From Octopus sinensis (Eukaryota), in assembly GCF_006345805.1 (NCBI RefSeq), contig NC_043010.1, positions 31,558,001 to 31,622,000 on the forward strand: DNA of 64,000 bases, given 5' to 3'. The notes under the pieces are model-generated. The model was given only the letters and a program-made list of their open reading frames with translations, was not told the origin of the DNA and did not search any database. The translations under genes and the position numbers were made by a program. How positions within the stretch are numbered: position 1 is the stretch's first letter; every line of letters starts with the position of its first letter. Shown in pieces: positions 12,636 to 22,774 of the stretch.

Positions 12636-14664
12636 AATAATGTTCGTCCTTCGGGTTCGAAGATGACCACTGACATCATCTGGTGGAACTGCCGCCATGA
12701 AACCGGAGGTGGCTGGTGAGGCCAATCCGGGCAAGGAAGCCCCTCCCACAGGTGGGGCAGAAGTGGGTAGGGGCCGTGCTACTGGTGCAGGCGGCTCTGG
12801 CTTTCCGCATCTGGCGTTTCTGCTCTCCTGACCGAATCCGTCCCTCCTCGGCTGTCCCTGCTCCTGTGGTGATTGCGCTGCGCCAGGATGAGCGGTCGGC
12901 AGCAAGTGTCTCCCAGGTCTCTGTGCTGATGGAGAAGTCTTTGAGAGAGACCTTGAGACTGTCCTTGAAGCGCTTCTTCTGCCCTCCGACTTTGCGTTTG
13001 CCCTGGCTGAGTTCCCCGTAGAAGAGCTGTTTTGGGATGCGAGTGTCGGACATGCGGGAGACGTGGCCCGCCCATCTCAGCTGGGCCTTGCGCATGATTG
13101 TGATGGTGCTAGGGAGATCTGCCTGCTTCAGAACTTCCGTGTCTGGGACTTTGTCCTGCCAGCGGATGTGAAGGAGGTTCCGAAGACACCTGAGGTGGAA
13201 GTGGTTTATCTGGCGCTCGTGCCTTCGGTAAGCAGTCCACGTCTCGCAGCCGTATAGTAGGGTGGTAAGCACGACTGCCCGGTAGACTTTCAGCTTGGTG
13301 TTGAGGCTGATTCCTCTCCGCTCCCAGACTTTCTTTCGCAGTCTCCCAAACGCGCTGCTTGCCTTGGAGATTCTGTTGATGGTTTCAGCATCTATGTTGG
13401 CATTGCAGGAGAGAGTGCTGCCCATGTAGGTGAAGTTTTCCACCGCTCGTAGGATCCGTCCGTTCACCTTTATCTGAGGCTCATGGTATTGTTTGCCGGG
13501 GGCTGGCTGAAACATCACTTCGGTTTTCTTGGCACTGATGGTGAGACCGAAGTTGTCACAGGCTGATGAGAACCTGTCCATCTCGAGCTGCATCTCCTGC
13601 TCATCGATTGCATTAAGGGCGCAGTCGTCAGCAAAGAGAAAGTCTCTGACGACTGTCTCCCTCACCTTTGTGACAGCCTGCAATCTTCTGGAGTTGAAAA
13701 GTTTCCCGTCTGTCCTGTACTTGATGTCGATACCGGACTTGCAGTCCCTAAAGGCGTCGGACAGCATTGCCGAGAACATGATGCTGAACAGTGTTGGGGC
13801 CAGGACACAGCCCTGCCTGACTCCGTTGGTCACCTGGAAGGCTTCAGATGAGTTGCCGTCTTCAAGGACTCTGGCTGTCATTCCGTCGTGGAACTGGCGG
13901 ACAATTGCAATAAATTTGCTGGGGCAACCAAATTTTCCCATGACCTTCCATAGTCCCTCCCGACTGACTGTATCAAAAGCCTTGGTAAGGTCAACAAAGG
14001 TCATGCAGAGGTCAAGGTGCTGCTCCATGCATTTCTCCTGGAGCTGGCGGGCGGCGAATATCATGTCAGTGGTCCCTCGACCCGCGCGGAAGCCACACTG
14101 GCTCTCAGGGAGAAGGCCTTGCTCCAAGTGTTCCAGAAGGCGGTCAAGCAGGACTCGGGCCAGGATCTTGCCTGCTATGGACAAGAGGGAGATTCCTCGG
14201 TGGTTGTCGCAGGACCGCCGATCTCCTTTCCGCTTATAAATGTGGACGATTGTTGCGTCCCGGAAATCTTGAGGGAGTTGTTCCCTGTCCCACATCGACT
14301 GGAACAGGCTGGTGAGCTGACTGATCATGGTGGGGCCGCCCGACTTGAACACCTCTGCAGGGAGGGCGTCAGAGCCTGGAGCTTTGCCGGTGGACATTTT
14401 TTTGATGGCTCTGCTCACTTCCTCGACTGCAGGGGGAAAAGCCAGCTCATGGTTTGTCGGCACCTGGGGGAGTCGTGCGATGGCTTCCTCGTTGATCTGG
14501 GCTGGTCGGTTGAGCACGATGTTGAAATGCTCCGCCCATCTCTCCAGGATCAGCCTCTTGTTAGTCAGGAGTGAGGTTCCATCCGAGCTGAGCAGGGGTG
14601 TTGATCCATAGGAGAACTGCGGTCCATAGACAGCTTTCAGCGCCTCGTAGAATTTCTTGGTGTC
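12636..14664 (-). mobile_element. 5'-truncated RTE-clade LINE, family RTE-B
   Basis: Starts at DTKKFYEALKAVYGP with no APE domain; intact RT and terminal C2H2 finger; short 3' UTR ending ...gaaggacgaacattatt + (GTAT)n. Confidence 0.95.
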
Positions 14665-14871
14665 GTACATACATACATACATACATACATACATACATAC
14701 ATACAAACATACATACATACATACATACATGCATACATACATACATACATGCATACATACGTACATACATACATACATACATACATACATACATACATAC
14801 ATACATACATACATACATACATACATACATACATACATTACGGCTGCCCCCTCGTTATCGAGTATGGCCAT
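12676..14871 (-). CDS. 731-aa chimeric ORF: RTE-A 3' end + (GTAT)n + RTE-B reverse transcriptase
   Basis: Stop-free; RT motifs NHRGISLLSIAGKILAR, QCGFRAGRGTTD, FVDLTKAFDTV, GVRQGCVLAPTLF, FLFADD, YMGS; finger CPTCGRGFLARIGLTSHLRFH. The N-terminal MAILDNEGAAV(MYVC)n is not native, and expression is unproven. Confidence 0.6.
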   Translation of the reverse strand: MAILDNEGAAVMYVCMYVCMYVCMYVCMYVCMYVCMYVCMHVCMYVCMYVCMYVCLYVCMYVCMYVCMYDTKKFYEALKAVYGPQFSYGSTPLLSSDGTSLLTNKRLILERWAEHFNIVLNRPAQINEEAIARLPQVPTNHELAFPPAVEEVSRAIKKMSTGKAPGSDALPAEVFKSGGPTMISQLTSLFQSMWDREQLPQDFRDATIVHIYKRKGDRRSCDNHRGISLLSIAGKILARVLLDRLLEHLEQGLLPESQCGFRAGRGTTDMIFAARQLQEKCMEQHLDLCMTFVDLTKAFDTVSREGLWKVMGKFGCPSKFIAIVRQFHDGMTARVLEDGNSSEAFQVTNGVRQGCVLAPTLFSIMFSAMLSDAFRDCKSGIDIKYRTDGKLFNSRRLQAVTKVRETVVRDFLFADDCALNAIDEQEMQLEMDRFSSACDNFGLTISAKKTEVMFQPAPGKQYHEPQIKVNGRILRAVENFTYMGSTLSCNANIDAETINRISKASSAFGRLRKKVWERRGISLNTKLKVYRAVVLTTLLYGCETWTAYRRHERQINHFHLRCLRNLLHIRWQDKVPDTEVLKQADLPSTITIMRKAQLRWAGHVSRMSDTRIPKQLFYGELSQGKRKVGGQKKRFKDSLKVSLKDFSISTETWETLAADRSSWRSAITTGAGTAEEGRIRSGEQKRQMRKARAACTSSTAPTHFCPTCGRGFLARIGLTSHLRFHGGSSTR

Positions 14872-15460
14872 TGCACGAAGCTTAACTGTTACTGGCGCTG
14901 TGATCGAATGTGACTTTTTAGCCCAGCTAAAGATCTACAATGTCTTGAACAGAATTGGCAACTAAAACCTTTACCGGTAATAGCCGGCTGTAGTTGTAAC
15001 TGGGCTTCATGTACCTTTGTATGTCGTTTAAGTCCTCCTGCCGAATTACACTCTCTTCCACATGCCCGACAGATATGATTAGTATGGTGTGTTACACCAC
15101 CACCAGTGGCCAGGTTGTCACTCATCTGTCTCGTTTTATGACTACGAAGATGACTCTTGAGTCCAGCTTTACTGAGGCAGGGTCTTGCACAGACATTGCA
15201 TGTCAGCATCAAAGGAAGACCCTTCTCTTCTGGATGTGTAACAGCGATGCCCTTCCTGACATCTCCCCTTACTTTCTCATGTGCAACTCAAGATTTCTCA
15301 AACGTGGCTGTCCCTCATGCACAATCCTTCTCCACCTGCTCCGATCAATAGCTATGCCTTCCCATGTGTCAGGAGAGATGCAAGCATCTCTTAAGGAAGC
15401 CTTTAGCAAGTCCTTATACCTCTTTTTTGGTTTATGTGGAGGTCGTTCTCCACATAAACC
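14837..15460 (-). mobile_element. RTE-A 3' fragment, copy 3 (more ancestral)
   Basis: Same 5' breakpoint as copies 1 and 2 but retains a third finger-like motif CQFCSRHCRSLAGLKSHIRSQ that is damaged in them; (ATAC)n at 14665-14836 and a short array at 15461-15493. Confidence 0.9.
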
Positions 15461-15889
15461 ATACATACATAATTACATACATACATACATACATGTGTAT
15501 GCGCACACACACACATTGACCCACACACATGTGCACAAACAAACATAAAGAACGCAGCTCGGATAAGGGATAGAGTGCACGACTCTTTAAAAGATGCAAG
15601 ATGTAACGAAAATTTTAGGAAAAAATAAGTAAATGAGTGGAAACTTCACCGGTGAGTGCGTTAAATAAAGCAATAAAAGAGAATGACTCTTCCCATACAC
15701 AGCAATACACACACACACATTATCGTAACTGCCTGACGAACGGCTCTGAGTAAAAGTTTGTAAAAATTTTTTCAGCTTTAATAAATAGTATATTACTCTA
15801 ACCTTGTAGTATTTTCCACCTTATTTTGCATTTATATGCTCACTTGTGTGTGTGAGTGTGTGTATGTGCATGTGTGTGCGTGTATATAT

Positions 15890-16328
15890 AATTGATAATC
15901 TAACAATTTATTACATTATAATATAATGTAATATACCAAAAAGTATAATATAATATAAAATAACATAAACAATTTTTTTTAAAAACTCCAAATAAAGCCA
16001 ACAATTTGCTTCGACTTATATACATTATTTGAATTTATAAACAATTCATTTCTACGTATACCAGTCAGACGAAATTCCATGTAAAAGGACTTACGGACTG
16101 CAATCTGGTCGTTCTTTTACATGGAATTTCGCCTGTCTTTTTAAACCAAGGCTCTGAAGAGACTTGTATACGTAGATATGAATTGTTTATAAATTCAAAT
16201 AATGTATATAAGTCGAAATAAATTGTTGGCTTTATTTGGGTTTAAAAAAATTGTTTATGTTATATTATATTATATTTTATAATATATTACATTACGTTAT
16301 AATGTAATAAATTGTTAGATTGTCAATT
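15890..16328. repeat. About 440-bp AT-rich foldback with a nested hairpin
   Basis: Outer arms 15890-16066 and 16161-16328 are reverse complements; inner arms 16066-16089 and 16112-16135. Confidence 0.85.
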
Positions 16329-16488
16329 GTATTTCCCTATGTGATTAATTATTTGTAATTTGTATTTATATCCTTATTTTTGTGGCATTCAACTGCCGTA
16401 CCAGTGAATTGGATGTTTTACACCCCTTTAAAGGAATCGTTTTTATTACCTTCGTTTGTTATATTATATATATATATATATATATATA

Positions 16489-16690
16489 GTTAATCCAAAC
16501 ATGAAAACACAAAGAGAGAATACAACAATGCGAGGACGTGGAACAAGTATGGTGTTATTAGGCGCTTAGGAAAGGAAAGAAAGGAGGATTTAACGTTTCG
16601 ATCGGAGCTCTTCGTCAAAAACATAGAAAAAGGAAAGATCCAAGGAAGGGAAGACGGAGGGAAAAATCGCCAACGATACACACACGGTTA
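16489..16690 (-). mobile_element. Copy of the hammerhead-like repeat
   Basis: Minus strand gttt-TTGACGA-a-GAGC-tcc-GATC-GAAAC-GTT-aaat at 16622-16588; the rest aligns to 1112-1310. Confidence 0.65.
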
Positions 16691-16695
16691 TATAT

Positions 16696-16750
<55 letters not shown>

Positions 16751-16798
16751 ATATGTATGTATATATATATGTATGTATATATATATATGTATGTAATG

Positions 16799-16955
<157 letters not shown>

Positions 16956-17168
16956 GAACTTGTTTCCAGTTCAAATATACTCGAAGTATATTCGAACAAG
17001 TAAGAAAGCTATTCACTGTATTTTGTCATGGAGACACATTCCTCAGCGCTGTCACCCCGATTTTATTCATGGCGAGTCGCTGTATAGCGCAGCCAGTCAT
17101 TAAACAATGACAAGAATATCGTAGGATCTATCTCTCGTGTCAGTTCATTATGTGTACCCTTACGGTCT

Positions 17169-17216
17169 CTGTGACTGAAGAGGAGGTTACCACTACGAAA
17201 TGCATGCACCTCACAG
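17169..17216 (+). ncRNA. Minimal type-I hammerhead ribozyme-like motif
   Basis: CTGTGA (helix I) - CTGAAGA - imperfect helix II - GAAA - near-palindromic TGCATGCA - CC - TCACAG (helix I partner, 6 bp); position 16.1 is C rather than U. Confidence 0.6.
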
Positions 17217-17428
17217 TTTGGTTACGTATTGAGGCACGTATCGGACTGTTCGGTCACAGCTGGACACACCATGACCCGCCTTCTCCCGTATGCGTGTGCA
17301 ACGGTGCCGTCGAGAGGTAGGCGCCGAAACGGCGCGCATTCTCTCCTGATGACTCCATAAACTTGCTGGCATCCGGTACGCGGAGCTTTCAACTGCTAAA
17401 GCCTGCATCAGCACACGCGCGCGTGCAC

Positions 17429-17465
<37 letters not shown>

Positions 17466-17775
17466 ATTTCGGTATGTGTTTCGTTCCATTGCTTGATAAA
17501 CGAAAAATATATAAACAAACGCGATAACGTATACAGAATGTAAAAAGAAGCGTGAGACAAACACAAAGTCCATAATCCTTCATCAGCTATCGACCAATGG
17601 TACATCTCAGTTTCGCACCTTTAACGACAAGACTGAATACTTCTCAATTGGCGGTGCTCGCAAGAAAGAAAAAGTTTTCTTGCGTAGAATTATGGCCAAG
17701 AGCATAATTCTACGCAAGATAACTTTTTATATATGTTAATATATGATATATGATATAAGTATGATGTTGACGTCT

Positions 17776-17810
17776 CTGATGATAACCCAATAAGGTTCGA
17801 AAATCGATTA
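17776..17810 (+). ncRNA. Minimal type-I hammerhead ribozyme-like motif
   Basis: CTGATGA-t-AACC-caataa-GGTT-c-GAA-AATCGATT (palindrome)-A; cleavage triplet UUA; helix I is poor. Confidence 0.5.
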
Positions 17811-17998
17811 AAGCTGTTCATAATTTTTTCAGTCTGCAGAGAAACAGCAAAAATTTGTCGTTTGTAATTATACCATATATTACACAGACACACACACACA
17901 CAGACACACACACAGGCACACACACACACACACACCACACACAGACAGCAGACAGACACACACACACACAACACACACACACACACAGACAGCAGACA

Positions 17999-18034
<36 letters not shown>

Positions 18035-18081
18035 AGAGTAAGCACATAAATGTGAAACAAGGTGGAAAACAGTCCTCGAAT

Positions 18082-18121
18082 ACTGTCCGACGAACGGGAA
18101 CCTGAAACTCTGAGTAGCAGT
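18082..18121 (+). ncRNA. Minimal type-I hammerhead ribozyme-like motif
   Basis: ACTGT-CCGACGA-acgggaacct-GAA-ACTC-t-GAGT-A-GCAGT: 5-bp helix I, GUA triplet; a deleted sibling with canonical CTGACGA lies at 15728-15752. Confidence 0.55.
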
Positions 18122-19129
18122 TTTTGCGATATTTTTGTGTTGTTTTTGCAGCTTTGATAATAAAATATATATATATATATATATATCAAAATAAGCAACA
18201 AAGATATCCAGAGGTAATGCAGTACGATCGTTTCATGCGACTCCATTTAATTGAACAATGAAAACATTACATCAATTTAAAATGTAGAGCAATCTTCAAC
18301 TGCACAAAAATATAGAATTTAATTAAATTCGAAGGACTCATTGGTATAATTTTATCCAAAGTCTCCAAGAGGATAAGGAGATATGCTTGTTTAATATTGT
18401 ACAGGCTTATGTGACAGTCCTGTCACATAAGCCTGCATAATATTAAACAATCAGCATGAAGCCTTCTCTACGTGTGTCCACAAATTCTTAAAATCATTCA
18501 AGTTTTACCACAGGCAAAAGTGCAATAAAGCAATTTCTTCTGATTCTCACTAACATATAGTTTAGACATTATATGAGCTTACTTAATTATATTAGTATAT
18601 CCACAGTATCCTCATGCTTGCTTATTCTTCCTTTGTAAATCCTCATTTTCACCTTTATTTCATACTTAAAGGCTCCCACCTAGATTATAACTAATGGAAT
18701 ATTCTCTCAGTTACAACACTCACGTAGTTAATAGAACGCCACTAGGCCTTTACTCTCATGGTTTGAAGTTATACATTGGTTAATAAAATAAATATATAAT
18801 TAATCTAACTTTCTGGTTCTATTCATTAATCTATTTACTGTGATATCCTTCATTTATTTATCTTTATTTTCAACCTATTTTTGATTCGTCATTTTTAAAT
18901 CTTTATTTTTATCCACCGGTTCCCAATGAGTATACACCTTCAGTAACATAACTAATCTTTTAAATTTAATATTACGAGCATCTATTTCTAACACCACTAA
19001 CACCACTATTATCAGGTGAGCTATAAATCTCCCCTCACTTCTAGTAGTATCAAGTTCCCTTTAGCTTTTGATCTTCATTATCTTTTACAACCGCCCTCCC
19101 GCTTTTGCTAAATCTGGCCAGCGTTGATG

Positions 19130-19466
19130 ATCTAAAGACTAAAGACTCCGCCGGTTACGACGACGAGGGTCCCAGCTGATACGATCAACGGAACAGCTTG
19201 CTCGTGAAATTAACGTGCAAATGGCTGAGCATTCCACAGACACGTGTACCCTTAACGTAGTTCTCGGGGATAATCAGCGTGACACAAAGAGTGACAAGGC
19301 TGACCCTTTGAAAATACAAGTACAACTCATTTTTGCCAGCTGAGTGGACTGGAGCAACGTGAAATAAAGTGTCTTGCTCAAGGACACAACGCGTCGCCGG
19401 GAATCGAACTCACAACCTTACGATCATGAGCCGAATGCCCCTAACCACTAAGCCACGCGCCCTCAC
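19130..19466 (-). mobile_element. tRNA-derived SINE (family S3)
   Basis: Minus head gggcgcgtggcttagtggttagg...gtgagttcgattcccgg with A and B boxes, then gtgtccttgagcaagacact; related copies at 46510-46690, 53870-54185 and 60528-60700. Confidence 0.85.
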
Positions 19467-20760
19467 TTTTGATGATCACTTAAATGATGACTGCTTCTAA
19501 CATCAGCTATTCTTCAGCCCTTTATCTATCTGTCTATATAATACATCCCTAACCTCTCGACATCCATACCCCCACTATACTGGCTAGTATATATGTACTC
19601 TACTACGTCTACCTGTCTGACTTCACTTCACACTGTAGTATAATATATCTATTTATTCTCTATTCAATCTCTATTCAATATTGGAACTGGTAATTCCACA
19701 ATTCCTTGCCATGGATTACCATCGAACATTCTCATTTGAAATTGCTAACTGCCATTACTTATAACTGTATTAGTTATTGGATCATGGAACTATGTAACGC
19801 GTATGTATTTTGCTCCAATCCTTCCCCCATTTTTGAGAAACCGGAATACACTAATATCCTCGACTGGGGATATTCCCTCTCTGATAACGGAATACTTCTC
19901 CCTCTCTGATGACGGTATACTCAGCTTATGGAATCCTTACTCAATATGATGATCCGCATGCTCGGCTTTTCTAGAAACAGCTGTAAGAGAGTCTATTTGT
20001 TTATATTCTCTATCTAAATTAAATATCTTTTTCAAGTGATACCAACCGTCTTGCTTTTTCGTGTTTACTTTAGTCTATATCTACCTGCTCAAAGACCGCA
20101 CACATATGTCTGTCTCCAATTTATTTCTCCATAGGGAATTAAGATGGCATTGCTTTTCAGTACTGACCAGTTCTATATTACACACACACACACACACATA
20201 CACACACACACACACACACGTACACACACGCACGTACACACACACACACACGTACACACACACACAAACACCACAAACACACATAGGCGTTTGTATTACC
20301 CATATGTTTTCACATCGAAAGAAATAATCTATTCCTTCTTTAGTGACACCAGATCTTATGAATAAGATGAAGACGACTTGTCTCTAAAGTGTCCAAAATT
20401 TGATAAAATTGTCTCTAAAGTGTCCAAAATTTGATAAAAGGGATGTAAAGAATTTTTTTTTAAATAACTCATTCTCGAATTGCCTCCTTTCTCTACTGGT
20501 ATACTAAACATTGTATACAAAAGGTATAAAAATTCAGCATAACCCTACACATGCCTCACCTAAATATTACCATATCCAACCGGTGGGGCATGCGCTCCAC
20601 GTTGGGAATCACGGCTATAGAATCATTTTGACTTTTATTTTTAGGAATGCTGTTACCACTTACTACTCACTGTCACTTTATATTCGTGTGAGTATATAAT
20701 CTATATACTCTTATATACTCATGTGTATATAACGGATACATACATACATACATACATACA

Positions 20761-20856
<96 letters not shown>

Positions 20857-20907
20857 TAGATATATACATACATATATATGCGCGCGCACACACACACACA
20901 CACACAC

Positions 20908-20938
<31 letters not shown>

Positions 20939-21431
20939 CTCGAGTGTATGCGCGTGCACGTGTGCGTGCGTAATGTGGGGAAAAAACCCAGTTGTTTGCA
21001 GAAGGATTAATCCAGTTTCTTTTTAAACTGGGTTCCTCGTGTATCAGCCGAGTGTCAGTCGGGTGTCAGTCGGGTGTATGACAATATATCCTTTACAGAA
21101 AATGGCGCTTTACTCACCAAGCAAGTCTGTAGTAAATACCTTTGATTTGAATAATAATGGAGATACCCGTAAGTAGATGTGCAGTGAGGGCGGCTGTGGC
21201 GGCGGTGGCGGCGGTGGCGGCAGTGGTGACGGTGGTGTTATAGTAAACTATTCTTATTCTGACTCTATGCAATATATCGGCTTATATGCAACCCCTACTT
21301 AGATCTAGGCTATATCTTATACTCCATTTCTGTACTCGCACGGAATGGGTAGATTACTCCAAGTAGCTTTATTATCTAGCTCCTATCCGAAGGAACGTAG
21401 AAGGAAAGGGTTTTATGTACATTTATTCCTT

Positions 21432-22300
21432 GGGCGATGGGCACCGAGAGTGTCGCCAAGCTCTACAGCAGCTCTGCCGTCCGGGATTAAACTTGTGCAA
21501 CTTTCAAACGACCAAAGCGTTCTATAGAGGACTAGTGGAGGAGAGGTCCGACGACACACTCGGGGCAAACCTGGGCGTTGACGAGAAATTCCTAACCCGC
21601 CTGTTCAGGACGACGTTCGGGCCGGGGCCTATGGATAACTTCCAGAGATCCCTGGCTTTGCAATGCTATCGAGACGCACTACCTGTTCGAGAGAAGAGCT
21701 ACAGGCACGGTTCGAAAACCACCACCGGGCCGACCTGCCCGAGATGCGGTCAGGACGACGAAACCGTTCTGCATGCACTCGTGAATGTGTGTGGTGGACG
21801 CGTTTGAAAGGGCTACAAACAAACACTTTCCTCTCTGGTCAGTCTCTCGTCAACTTTTTCAAGTACCACTTGAAAAGGAGGATGAGAATAGAGAGGAAGG
21901 CTTTGTCGAATGAATGTTTTAATAAAAAGTGGGTAATTGTGGCAAAAATGGTCAGTATGAAAGACGGCATCATTTTAAGCGTAAATCTGTAACCAAAAGA
22001 GACAACGAGAGGTAAGGTACTTACTCTTGTGTACACTTCGAACTGTCTGAGGTGACCTTGGTCTTTTTTGTAGGTTTTTCTTTCCAAGGCTACACCTAAA
22101 CTGTGAACAATAGCGATCCCCCCACCTCTTTTTGGGGGAACTTTTTATATTGCTTTTTATACACCACATAACCCAAAGATCCCTATTGATCGAACGTTTT
22201 TCTTTGTGTGTCCCACCCATCCCACCTCAAAAAGAAAAACTCTACATTGTATTTCGTACATTTTTTCTGTGTTTAGCCCTGTGTGGCCATAATAAAAAGA
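21432..22300 (+). mobile_element. Tx1/L1-clade 3' fragment 1
   Basis: Highly similar to 29810-30798 with an internal deletion; CPRCGQDDETVLH knuckle; AATAAA 22291-22296, then (TATC)n 22301-22420. Confidence 0.9.
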
Positions 22301-22420
<120 letters not shown>

Positions 22421-22750
22421 AACCGAGTCTATCGTGAATATTGTCGCGCCTCCTTCTTTGAAACGGGAAGGTAGAGCCATTTTCATCGCACTTGTGGCTA
22501 TGGCGAAAGAATGTGTATGGTGGACGCGTCTGAAAGGTCTAGAGACAAAACACTTTCCTCTCTGGTCAGTCTCTCATCAACTTCTTCATGTATCACTTGT
22601 AGAGGAAGGTAAGGTAGAGAGGGAAATTTTGTCTAGTGAATGTTTCAAAAAAAGATGGGTGAATGTAGCAAGGATGGCCTGTGTGAATGACGGAGCCAGA
22701 TTGAGCATAATCCTATGAACTAAAAAGAAAAAAAAAGGGAATAAAGAGAG
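22421..22750 (+). mobile_element. Tx1-clade 3' fragment 2
   Basis: Starts directly after (TATC)n; NIVAPPSLKREGRAIFIALVAMAKECVWWTRLKG. Confidence 0.85.
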
Positions 22751-22774
22751 CCACTTACTGTAATATGTTTTCTT

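Noticed and set aside
10976-15212. C2H2 zinc-finger ORFs as a host ZNF gene cluster
   Set aside because: They follow RTE RT C-terminal sequence, lack TGEKP linkers and end in a LINE 3' tail.
10730-15493. Repeat-spacer-like alternation resembling a CRISPR array
   Set aside because: Units are 600-2000-bp LINE fragments separated by microsatellites in eukaryotic DNA; no cas genes or short unique spacers.
19875-19930. ctgataacgg/ctgatgacgg tandem as a hammerhead
   Set aside because: CTGATGA core present but no GAAA or helix III follows; only a ~25-bp local duplication.
20378-20440. 31-bp perfect tandem duplication
   Set aside because: Two copies only; an ordinary slippage product.
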